64,000 bases of DNA from the IMG/VR virus record IMGVR_UViG_3300045988_142996, positions 3,868 through 67,867 of that record; one strand, written 5' to 3'. A program made the position numbers and the translations under genes. Shown one piece after another: positions 27,475 through 35,545 of this stretch. The notes below the pieces were generated by a model. The model did not search any database, had not been told where the DNA came from, and was given only the letters and a program-made list of their open reading frames with translations. How positions within the stretch are numbered: position 1 is the first letter of the stretch; each line of letters starts with the position of its first letter. Source of the stretch: a virus.

Positions 27475-28791
27475 TCACCCCTTTTGCTTAATATCCGGTT
27501 CCAACAAGACAACGGCGATCGTAAGCTCCTTTGTCGGTTTTGTTTTCGACCAGAACTTAAGTGCGCCATCCAACGCCTGACAGGTCCCATATAGGCCTGC
27601 TGCGATCGCAGATGGGACATCGTCCGGCTCGACAGTTGCGATCGGAACCAGAAACGCCGTGCATTCCGCTTTTTCGAGCGTACAGGAATATGCGGCATCC
27701 GAATCACTTTTGCTCCACCTCGTCACGGGGATCTTCACAAGTTGTGAACCGATAACCCCTCCGTTATAGGAGGTTGTGATGCTGTCCAGCAGTTTGACTA
27801 CGTTCGTTTCGCTGGTCTTTGCAGCATTTGCGCTGGTGGCGGCTCCCGACTCACTCGCCTTTGCGGCGGTTGCGCTAGATGCAGCCTCGGCGGCACTGCT
27901 CTGAGATGCCGTGGCACTGGAATTTGCTTTTGTCGCACTGCCAGCGGCATTTGTCTCGCTGACTTTAGCCGCATCGGCACTGGTAGCCGACTCTGTTGCC
28001 GAGTTCTTTGCGTTCTTCTCTGACGACTCCGCAGCGGTTGCGGCTTCGGTAGCAGCATTGGCGCTGGTAGCAGCATTTGACTCGCTAACTTTAGCGGCTT
28101 GCTCACTACTCGAAGCGGCAGTTTGACTGACCTTTGCCGCACGGGCACTGGTTGCCGCTGCTTCTGCGCTTGTGCCGGACGAATCTGCGTAGGATTTTGC
28201 GTTCCGCTCGGCATTGGCGGCTTCGGCAGCACTTCGTGAAGCAGCCGCTGCTGCATCTTCTGCCCCGGTCACCAGCGTACCGGAATAGATCATCAGGTCG
28301 TTCTTCAGATGCGTCAGATAATCCACAATCTCCGGTATATCCCCACCTTCGTAGGGTTCCAAACCTTCAAGCACAGTTCCTGCGCCGAGGGTGGTGTGGT
28401 AAGCCTTCTGGACGACCCCGTCGACATCCGTCATAAAGCAGTTCACCACGAACAGAACGGTTCCTTTAACCATCGTAGCATCTGCGGCCACGGTCCAGAT
28501 AAAGCAGAAGCTGTCAGTCTCCACGGTCTTTTCCGTTACCGTAAAATAATTGATGTCGCCGTCCGCATTCTGGTAGTTGATCCTGATGCAAAATTCGGAC
28601 AAGTCAGACCCATGATAAAAGCGATTCATCCGGAACCGCACGCGGTTCACATCCTTGTCTCCTTCTACGCCCAGAACAACGCCTCGTTCAGGAACGGTGA
28701 TGATACGCAAATGCTCGTCAATGATGAACGAAAGCTCGTCATCGCATCCTGCCTGATTTGCTGATTCCAGCAGCTCGTCAATACTCGCCAT
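27475..28791 (-). CDS. Fibre/baseplate protein: BppU-N-like N-domain plus a long Ala/Ser-rich coiled coil
   Basis: N-terminus LRIITVPERGVVLGVEGDKDVNRVRFRMNRFY.... About 150 aa of (A/S)xxAxxSxxxA repeats follow. ATG at 28791. Confidence 0.7.
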   Translation of the reverse strand: MASIDELLESANQAGCDDELSFIIDEHLRIITVPERGVVLGVEGDKDVNRVRFRMNRFYHGSDLSEFCIRINYQNADGDINYFTVTEKTVETDSFCFIWTVAADATMVKGTVLFVVNCFMTDVDGVVQKAYHTTLGAGTVLEGLEPYEGGDIPEIVDYLTHLKNDLMIYSGTLVTGAEDAAAAASRSAAEAANAERNAKSYADSSGTSAEAAATSARAAKVSQTAASSSEQAAKVSESNAATSANAATEAATAAESSEKNAKNSATESATSADAAKVSETNAAGSATKANSSATASQSSAAEAASSATAAKASESGAATSANAAKTSETNVVKLLDSITTSYNGGVIGSQLVKIPVTRWSKSDSDAAYSCTLEKAECTAFLVPIATVEPDDVPSAIAAGLYGTCQALDGALKFWSKTKPTKELTIAVVLLEPDIKQKG

Positions 28792-28805
28792 TCGTTCACT
28801 TCCTT

Positions 28806-29258
28806 TCAAAGATTATCGTTTACAAGCCCTTCCAGACTCACACCATTTCCGATAGTGGTCCCAAATGCCTGTTCGATTTTTCCGTTTGCTCCTCTTTTCA
28901 CGCAATAGACAGTGAATTGCACAGTGCCTTTGTAGGAGACCACGTCTTTCCCCACGATCCACGTGAAGCTGATTGCATCATCAGTGACCGTTTTGTCCAC
29001 CGCATCAAAGCCGCCACGCTCATTCTCGGCATTATCGTAAAGAACTTGGATCTCAAAGTCCGAAAGATCGGTTCCACGATAATACCGTGACATCCGGAAC
29101 CGGACGAGATTCACGTCTTTGTCTCCCTCTACGCCCAGAACAACGCCTCGTTCGGGAACTGAGATCAGTCGAAGGTCTTTGTCGATCACAAAGCACAGTT
29201 CTTCTTCATCCCGATTCGGCTCGACCATGGCTGCCAGAACTTCTTCCACACTCGCCAT
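28806..29258 (-). CDS. Paralogue of the N-terminal domain of 27475..28791 (BppU-N-like)
   Basis: LRLISVPERGVVLGVEGDKDVNLVRFRMSRYYRGTDLSDFEIQV aligns closely with the neighbouring gene's N-terminus. Confidence 0.7.
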   Translation of the reverse strand: MASVEEVLAAMVEPNRDEEELCFVIDKDLRLISVPERGVVLGVEGDKDVNLVRFRMSRYYRGTDLSDFEIQVLYDNAENERGGFDAVDKTVTDDAISFTWIVGKDVVSYKGTVQFTVYCVKRGANGKIEQAFGTTIGNGVSLEGLVNDNL

Positions 29259-29560
29259 CACGCCACCTGCTCAACCAACACCGGATTTGTCTTCATCCGG
29301 GTCTTGCCGGTCTGACCGATCAGTTGTACTTTAAAGCTTCTGCCGTCGGTCACATCATCGGGCACAGTGCACTCAAAGTCGGCATTCAGCGCAACAGCGT
29401 ATTCGTCATTGAACACCATGACTTTCTTTGCATAGAGCCAATCATTGTCTCTCAATTGCACATGGCAGCACAGATACCCTTTGCTTCCGGCCATGATGCC
29501 GGAAAAATCGCCCTGCTTGGAAAGTTTCTGTCCTTCCACTGCAAACATCAGTTTCCGCAT
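29258..29560 (-). CDS. Hypothetical structural-module protein
   Basis: 100-aa ORF, translationally coupled on both sides (overlaps). Confidence 0.55.
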   Translation of the reverse strand: MRKLMFAVEGQKLSKQGDFSGIMAGSKGYLCCHVQLRDNDWLYAKKVMVFNDEYAVALNADFECTVPDDVTDGRSFKVQLIGQTGKTRMKTNPVLVEQVA

Positions 29561-29901
29561 CTAACTTCCTCCTTATCGCATTCGGTGTACAGCCGCCATT
29601 CCAGCTCGCTGATCATGCTCTTGGTCGCATCCATCACGCTGCTGGACTGAGGAGGATCGAACAGCAGACGAACTTTCATTGCCACGTAGCTTTTCACAGC
29701 TTCGATGTCAGCTTTGTTCTTACAGAAATCACTCCAGGTCGCCGTGGCGTCAACGATACCAAAACCCTCCTGCGGTCCTACGCCCATTTGACGAAGGATC
29801 ATCAGCACGCTGTTGATGTGCATGATAAGGTCGGTATCAAAGGCCGTGTACTCCTCGGTCAGCCCGAGCAGCTTCTTCACTGAGGTCAGGATACTGTCCA
29901 T
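29548..29901 (-). CDS. gp6-like head-tail connector protein
   Basis: MDSILTSVKKLLGLTEEYTAFDTDLIMHINSVLMILRQMG... resembles Phage_connect_1 (DNA-packaging / head-tail connector). Confidence 0.5.
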   Translation of the reverse strand: MDSILTSVKKLLGLTEEYTAFDTDLIMHINSVLMILRQMGVGPQEGFGIVDATATWSDFCKNKADIEAVKSYVAMKVRLLFDPPQSSSVMDATKSMISELEWRLYTECDKEEVRCGN

Positions 29902-29916
29902 TTTGATTTATCTCCT

Positions 29917-30180
29917 TTAGTCTGCGATGCGCTGGTTGTCCCACTTCTTGTAGGCATCCAGATAGGTCTCACACTTGTCGCCGTTGTGCGTGACCTCGTA
30001 ATACATCCCGTCGGATACAGTGGTGCTCACAAGCGCCTTCCAGTTCTGCAGGGTTTTGCTGAACCATACGATGAACACGTCCTCCATCGTCAGCTTCTTG
30101 CCGTCGGTCACGTCCACATGGGCGTTAAAGTAGTCCACCACCAGCTGCTTTGCGCGGTTCATCATAGCTTCGTTGTTCAT
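29917..30180 (-). CDS. Hypothetical protein
   Basis: 87-aa ORF in the co-directional array. Confidence 0.55.
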   Translation of the reverse strand: MNNEAMMNRAKQLVVDYFNAHVDVTDGKKLTMEDVFIVWFSKTLQNWKALVSTTVSDGMYYEVTHNGDKCETYLDAYKKWDNQRIAD

Positions 30181-30198
30181 TTTGTTTTCCTCCTTTTA

Positions 30199-30399
30199 TC
30201 ATTCCTCATGGTCCATTACACCTTCGGATGCAATGGCTGCATTTGCCCAGAACAATGCCTCATCCAACTTCGTCAGCGCCAGACTGCGCTCACGGCTCGG
30301 TGCAATACACTGCACCATGTGTTCTGCCTCCTGCATCTTCAGCCGCAGGTTCGTGCTGTATGCTGCTTCCGCAACATTAAACTTTCGTACCGGATACAT
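30199..30399 (-). CDS. Small helical protein with an SRERSLALTKLDEALFWANAAI motif (possibly Acb2/Tad1-hairpin-like)
   Basis: GGAGG 7 nt before the ATG at 30399; 66 aa. The motif resembles the conserved R-x-x-SLA-x-TKLEEA-x-(M/F)WA helix I recall from that family. Unverified. Confidence 0.5.
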   Translation of the reverse strand: MYPVRKFNVAEAAYSTNLRLKMQEAEHMVQCIAPSRERSLALTKLDEALFWANAAIASEGVMDHEE

Positions 30400-30400
30400 C

Positions 30401-30853
30401 TCATTTCCTCCAAGGACAGGTATCGCCCGGGCGTCTCTCTGCAAATGCAGGCTTTAAGATCGTGTCATCTCCGTAGTGGATGGCTTTGTGAGTGCGGTCG
30501 CTCACGCAGATCACATTCTCCGGATCGAGCAGCGCATCTGTATGACCAATCACGTCTTCTTTCGTCAGCGGGTTCAGATGGTGGATAATAATGCGCGGCC
30601 GGACGGGTTTGCCGTTTTGTATCACCCAATCTGTGATCTCGCGGTCAGGACAGCCAAGGTCACATCCCGCATCCCGTACAATGATCTTGTCCCGGAACTG
30701 CCGCCATTCTCTCGACTGGTAAAAGCTCTGGTTCAGATATCGGTCAAAGCCGAATGTGTCATAGCCCACCGTTCCATGCAACTGCAGGTAATGGAACCGA
30801 TCATCAAATGTCTGTAAGCGGATGAGCTCTGAGTATCTTTTAAGTGTACTCAT
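30401..30853 (-). CDS. HNH endonuclease (packaging-associated)
   Basis: ...RIIIHHLNPLTKEDV...DRTHKAIH... is an H-N-H pattern. It sits next to the putative small terminase gene. ATG at 30853. Confidence 0.75.
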   Translation of the reverse strand: MSTLKRYSELIRLQTFDDRFHYLQLHGTVGYDTFGFDRYLNQSFYQSREWRQFRDKIIVRDAGCDLGCPDREITDWVIQNGKPVRPRIIIHHLNPLTKEDVIGHTDALLDPENVICVSDRTHKAIHYGDDTILKPAFAERRPGDTCPWRK

Positions 30854-31181
30854 CGGGTTCTTCCTCATCCTGCCCGTTGTAGATACGCATTGCCCGGATG
30901 GCCTCTGCATACATTTCTTCGGTATTCTTGGCTGCCTGCAGCGCTTCGGTCTTTGCACGCAGGAGCTTGTTTTCTTCTTCCAGTTTTTCTTTTTCCAGCT
31001 CGGACTTGAACGTAGCCAGTTTCAGAAAATGTGTCGTCTCTGCTGAAGATGCAGTGCCTTCCCGCAGCCGCTTCTCCACCAGATCCATCGCCAGAGATAT
31101 CATCTGGTTTTCTCGTGCTTCTGGAGACAACGCCGGCCGCATTCCGACATCCTCGCCAGATGAGACCTTTCTTGTCTTCAT
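30840..31181 (-). CDS. Putative terminase small subunit / DNA-binding coiled-coil protein
   Basis: 113 aa. ...REGTASSAETTHFLKLATFKSELEKEKLEEENKLLRAKTEAL.... It is the first gene after a 410-bp noncoding region and is adjacent to the HNH. Function inferred from position. Confidence 0.35.
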   Translation of the reverse strand: MKTRKVSSGEDVGMRPALSPEARENQMISLAMDLVEKRLREGTASSAETTHFLKLATFKSELEKEKLEEENKLLRAKTEALQAAKNTEEMYAEAIRAMRIYNGQDEEEPDEYT

Positions 31182-31265
31182 GGGTTTTCATTCCTTTCGC
31201 AAGGGTTTTGGGCCGAACTGCCCTTGATTCTGTTTTGTTATGGCGGCTTCTACAGCACTTATAGA

Positions 31266-31422
31266 GCTTTTGTAAGGGCTTATGAGAGCTGCTTGAGAAA
31301 ATCTGTGAAAACGATGCCTGCAAAGCATTGAAAGGAGAAATTTTGTTAAGCAAAAGGAGGTTAAAGTCTGAGAACCCATCATAGGAGGTTGTGTCCACTA
31401 TCTCATAAGCCCTTACAAAAGC
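31266..31422. repeat. Perfect 22-bp inverted repeat flanking a 113-bp segment
   Basis: gcttttgtaagggcttatgaga (31266..31287) is the reverse complement of tctcataagcccttacaaaagc (31401..31422). Confidence 0.95.
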
Positions 31423-31543
31423 CCTGATTGCTCAGCAATCAAAGCCTTTTATCCCCGGAGATTGATGCTGAGCCTTGGTCTACACCCCAAAGCCCAAATA
31501 TCAATTTTACCCCCGGGGAAATATTAAAGACCGGCGCGATTTA

Positions 31544-31575
31544 GGGAGGGGGTGTGTTTTTCGGGACCCCCTCCC
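31544..31575 (-). terminator. GC-rich 10-bp stem-loop downstream of 31593..31862 (possible terminator or packaging-site element)
   Basis: gggagggggt-12 nt-accccctccc. No clear U-tract follows on either strand. Confidence 0.35.
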
Positions 31576-31592
31576 CTGTCTAATGGATAGAT

Positions 31593-31862
31593 TTACGCCG
31601 CAGTCGTGTCATTTTCTGCATCGGGGAGGGTCTTTTTGACCTTCCGGTACAGGTTTAAAGGATCATCACGAATGATCTGATCGATTGTACGCTCAATTTC
31701 ATAGGCGTTTTCGTTATCCGTGAGCTGATCCGAGGTATAAGAGAGCCGTGCGAGGAGTCCACAGGAGTTATAACCGTGGTCGCAGTCAAAACGATACCAC
31801 TGATCGAACTGGTCGTGCGGATCGTAAGGATTATCGACCGTGGTAATGAAACAACGAACCAT
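31593..31862 (-). CDS. Hypothetical protein
   Basis: 89-aa ORF (MVRCFITTVDNPYDPHDQFDQWYRFDCDHGYN...) directly after the polymerase-like gene. Confidence 0.6.
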   Translation of the reverse strand: MVRCFITTVDNPYDPHDQFDQWYRFDCDHGYNSCGLLARLSYTSDQLTDNENAYEIERTIDQIIRDDPLNLYRKVKKTLPDAENDTTAA

Positions 31863-31883
31863 AATTTTCGCTTCCTTTCGACC

Positions 31884-34646
31884 TTATTTCTTCAGTGCAT
31901 CATAAATCGTGGATTTCGGAACATTACAGGCTTCAGCAACTTCGGCATAGCTGTAACCCATGTCAAGCATTGCTCGTGCTTTGCTCAATTTGGCATTAGA
32001 AAGCGTTGTCGATGCTTTCGGCATTGCGCGTTTGATGATTTCAGAAGAATCAGAACTGTTCAGAAACTTCGTCAACATCGAATCCGAAATTGCATGATTC
32101 TGAACAGCTTCCCATTCCTTGTCCGTAAAGACGATCTTGGAGTTCCGACCGCTTGCACCAACAGAATCTCGTGCACGCTGCATCTCAACAGCAGAGATCT
32201 TCTTGATCTCTTTCTTGTCGGCTTTGCGATCAAGGCCTTGTGCTTCGATTTTTGCATTGATGTTGGCGTTTGCAATAATCATGGCACGCCGTTCTTTTGG
32301 CTTGTTGGTCAGAACTGCCTGATACTTTGCTTTCAAGGACTCAACCTCTGCCGCATACTTCTTGGCCGCTGCCGGATCACGCCGGATGCCCTTCATATTG
32401 ACGGCTTCCTTGCGTGCCTGATTAGTCAGAGCCTTCAGGCCATTGGCAAAGTCTGCGTACAACTCCTCCTGCTTTGTGCCAGAGGACAAGGTATGGACAT
32501 CTTTGATCATAGAGATGCGACTTACCTCATCTTCAGCCACATGCACATTACCCTTCTCGTCCTTGTAGGTACGGCCACTCTCCTTGTAGATGAGTTCGCC
32601 GGTCTCCTTGTCGATACGTGTGCTGCCACGACGCTCAGGAACACGGACGGTCTGCTTGCGACGGGACAGCAGCGTGGATGCACCACCGTACTTCGTATTG
32701 CCGTCTTCATCCACCCGGATCTGGTACTTCTGCTTCAGCTCCTGGATGCCGTTTTCACGCTCAGACCTCTTGTAGTCCAGGCCATGCTTCTCAGCATCAA
32801 TGACAACCATAGAGTGGCGCACTGCTCGCTCCAGATCTTCTGGCGTTGCACCACGCAAGGTCATGTCCGTAATCAGGTTCGAGATAATTCCCATCTCTTT
32901 CTGCTTCTCATCCTTCTTCATGAGACGAACATTGTTGGGGTTGCCTTCCGGAACAGAGTAGGCAGTCTTGGGGTCGAAGTTCTTCAGACCAGGAAGCGGA
33001 TTCGTTGAGTTGATACGAACCTTATCGCTCATCGGGATAGCCATAACGGTATCGCCATCAAAGTCTGCACCAGACAGCCGCTCTGCGACCTTCGCGTTGA
33101 TGCCGATGGCGTCCTGAATCGCGCCCAAATTGCGCTTACCACTGAGGTTCTTGTTGTTGACAGTCACAACGGGAATCTCAAATGTGCCTGCATGCGGATA
33201 ACGAATCAGTGCAAGCTGTGTTCCGTTCTCGTATGTAGGGCAATAGGCTTCTTTCTCACTGATGTTATTCAGCGGAAGGATGACCTTCGTTGACTGACCG
33301 GGAAATGCAGACGCTTTCAGGGTCATGGACGTGCCTTCACACTGGTCAGCAAAGTCCATCAGCATTTTTTTCTTGACAGTCGGGTTCGTGTAATGCATGA
33401 TCTCATCGTACTCGGCCTTATAGTCAGCCATAGTGAGGTCAAGCTGGCGTTTGATGAGCGGAACGGGCTGCTTGGACAGGAACTGCGAAGAAACATTCTT
33501 CGACATCGTGTCCCAGTCGCCTTCTTCTTTCAGCTTATTGATGGGAGAAAGATGCTCTTTGCCGTCGGCACCAATATAAGTGCTCTGGCCGTTCGCTTTG
33601 ATGGCTGCACCGAACGGGTTATCCGGATCATCCTTGATGGGCTTGAAGACCTTCATCTTGGGTGTACCAGAAGGCTTATTGGTATTAAAGACAATATCAA
33701 CACCCTTCGGCAGGTCATCAGAATATACGGCCATGCCCTTCAGGTAGTGGCTGTCATCCACCATGATACGAACCTGCGCATAATGGGAATTGCCCAAATC
33801 CAAATCAGGAACGCCGCGGCGAATCTCCATAACACCGTCTTTTGCAAGGCCGCCTTCGTCGCCATAGCGCACCGCCACACGATCAGAGCTCATGCTCACA
33901 GGACGCTGTAGTTTTTTGAAGCTGTCTCCACCATCGTCGGAATGATAGTCGCCAAGGGACTGAATCTCACTCTGATGCTTGTAGGCATAGCTCTGATCGA
34001 ACTCAGGCTTGCCCAGAACGGTGATATTTGTCTGCTGACGAGGATTGGTCGGCTGCTTGATGCCGACACCATAGCGCTTATAGCCGTATTCCGCTTCCAG
34101 AATATAAACAGCCTCATCCAGCTTGCCTTCCGAGACGCCAAGCGTAAGGTTGGAACCTTCGGAAATATCAATCATGCCTTTCTTGTCAACTTCCTTCTTC
34201 AGGACGTCAGCAATCTTTTCAGCCTGATCTTTCTTGGTTCCAACGCCATTCTGGTACATGGAGCGGACCGTCGATTCGGACAGGTTCAACTTCTGGCCGA
34301 TTTCAGTCCAGCCTTTGCCATCTTCTTTCAGTGCACGAATCTGATCCCACTGCAGCGCTTTACGGTCATGGCCGGCTTTGGCTCTTGCCACACGAAACTC
34401 GCTGGCACCCAGCTTGTACTCATCGGGCAGAGTCGCATTGATGGCCTCAAGGATCTCATTTTCACTCATGCCCTGAGTCTTCAGCTTATCGATTCGAGAA
34501 ATAAAATCGCCCGAATGCTGGTAAGGCGTCTCGCCACTACCCCAGGGATAACGGCCAGAATGACGCTTGGTGCCGTAATGCTCCAGCGTATCGCCGCCGT
34601 ATTCAATACCAAAATAGCTCGAAATATCTTTTTCAACTGGATTCAT
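31884..34646 (-). CDS. YonO-like single-subunit two-barrel RNA polymerase candidate with HTH modules
   Basis: LIRYPHAGTFEIPVV...ERLSGADFDGDTVMAIPM is an RxP strand followed about 45 aa later by the DxDGD metal loop (compare beta-prime NADFDGDQMAVH). HTH-like GKGWTEIGQKLNLSESTVRSMY and C-terminal GYSYAEVAEACNVPKSTIYDALKK. Confidence 0.6.
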   Translation of the reverse strand: MNPVEKDISSYFGIEYGGDTLEHYGTKRHSGRYPWGSGETPYQHSGDFISRIDKLKTQGMSENEILEAINATLPDEYKLGASEFRVARAKAGHDRKALQWDQIRALKEDGKGWTEIGQKLNLSESTVRSMYQNGVGTKKDQAEKIADVLKKEVDKKGMIDISEGSNLTLGVSEGKLDEAVYILEAEYGYKRYGVGIKQPTNPRQQTNITVLGKPEFDQSYAYKHQSEIQSLGDYHSDDGGDSFKKLQRPVSMSSDRVAVRYGDEGGLAKDGVMEIRRGVPDLDLGNSHYAQVRIMVDDSHYLKGMAVYSDDLPKGVDIVFNTNKPSGTPKMKVFKPIKDDPDNPFGAAIKANGQSTYIGADGKEHLSPINKLKEEGDWDTMSKNVSSQFLSKQPVPLIKRQLDLTMADYKAEYDEIMHYTNPTVKKKMLMDFADQCEGTSMTLKASAFPGQSTKVILPLNNISEKEAYCPTYENGTQLALIRYPHAGTFEIPVVTVNNKNLSGKRNLGAIQDAIGINAKVAERLSGADFDGDTVMAIPMSDKVRINSTNPLPGLKNFDPKTAYSVPEGNPNNVRLMKKDEKQKEMGIISNLITDMTLRGATPEDLERAVRHSMVVIDAEKHGLDYKRSERENGIQELKQKYQIRVDEDGNTKYGGASTLLSRRKQTVRVPERRGSTRIDKETGELIYKESGRTYKDEKGNVHVAEDEVSRISMIKDVHTLSSGTKQEELYADFANGLKALTNQARKEAVNMKGIRRDPAAAKKYAAEVESLKAKYQAVLTNKPKERRAMIIANANINAKIEAQGLDRKADKKEIKKISAVEMQRARDSVGASGRNSKIVFTDKEWEAVQNHAISDSMLTKFLNSSDSSEIIKRAMPKASTTLSNAKLSKARAMLDMGYSYAEVAEACNVPKSTIYDALKK

Positions 34647-34647
34647 G

Positions 34648-35202
34648 TCAGCACCCCATCTTCAGCTTTGCAATAATCGGATCAAACTCACGGATCTTCT
34701 CCATCACAACGTTGACATCATCCGCCTCAGGTGTGGCGATAATAATATCATCAGACTGATAGATGCGATTCTCGATCTGAATTTTCTCCGGCTTCACACG
34801 ATATTCCAGACAGAACAGAGCATCGTAAATCAGCAGCTGTTCCATATGCGCCGGAATCACCCCCGTTTTAAGGTCGTGGATCCGAAGAATATCATCGCGG
34901 AAACAAATCGAGTCTGCTGTCCCAAAGCAATTCTCAGAATAATAGAGCACCTGCTCAGGGGTCATGCGGAATCCAATGGCGTCGTTGACATAACTGTTCA
35001 ACGTCTTCTTCGAGCGCGGCAGCTTCTGGCCAAGAGAAATGCACTTTGCTGCAAACTCGTGCAGTTCGGTGCCTTTCTGCGCAGCCATGAAGCTGGTATA
35101 GGCCGCTGCAATTTTCTCGGGATCGTAATTGATCCAATGATACTTACTAGCGCCGAGAAATGCGTGTTGGCCTGTCAGACGCGAATGATCGTTGAAGGTC
35201 AT
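34648..35202 (-). CDS. PD-(D/E)XK nuclease (Cas4/RecB-like exonuclease)
   Basis: GTADSICF...ILRIHDLKTG gives a D...D-x-K motif. 184 aa, in the replication/recombination block. Confidence 0.6.
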   Translation of the reverse strand: MTFNDHSRLTGQHAFLGASKYHWINYDPEKIAAAYTSFMAAQKGTELHEFAAKCISLGQKLPRSKKTLNSYVNDAIGFRMTPEQVLYYSENCFGTADSICFRDDILRIHDLKTGVIPAHMEQLLIYDALFCLEYRVKPEKIQIENRIYQSDDIIIATPEADDVNVVMEKIREFDPIIAKLKMGC

Positions 35203-35464
35203 CCAAAATCTCCTCCTTATTTTCCGGGTAAATGAACGCAGCGTAGCTCATCCGGTTCATGAGATCAACGTAGTAATCTTGATTCGGACGATGCGGTGCA
35301 TTTGCAGAGCGTTTGCCTTCAAGCGCTGCCCACTTGTCTCCGCACAAAACCAAGAGATCAGGCATTCCCTGAATCTCGTTTGGATCAATGTGCAGAACAA
35401 TGCAGCCCGGAAAGCGCTCTTTGAGTTCTCTTACCAGGTTTGTTTTGAATCGGTTCTCCAGCAT
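35147..35464 (-). CDS. VRR-NUC / Holliday-junction-resolvase-like nuclease
   Basis: GMPDLLVLCGDKWAALEGKR gives a D...E-x-K motif. GGAGGAG RBS before the ATG at 35464. Confidence 0.55.
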   Translation of the reverse strand: MLENRFKTNLVRELKERFPGCIVLHIDPNEIQGMPDLLVLCGDKWAALEGKRSANAPHRPNQDYYVDLMNRMSYAAFIYPENKEEILDDLQRSFASDRPTRISRR

Positions 35465-35516
35465 AAAATCTCCTCCAAAAAGAAAAAGAGCAGCGTGCAA
35501 AGACACACTCTCTCCT

Positions 35517-35545
35517 CTTCATAAAAGAGCATGTATTTTACGCGT
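35517..35545 (-). promoter_or_regulatory. Copy 1 (variant) of the conserved 29-nt motif
   Basis: Minus strand reads ACGCGTAAAATACATGCTCTTTTATGAAG. 21 nt from the A of ACGCG to TTATG. Upstream of 35147..35464. Confidence 0.5.
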
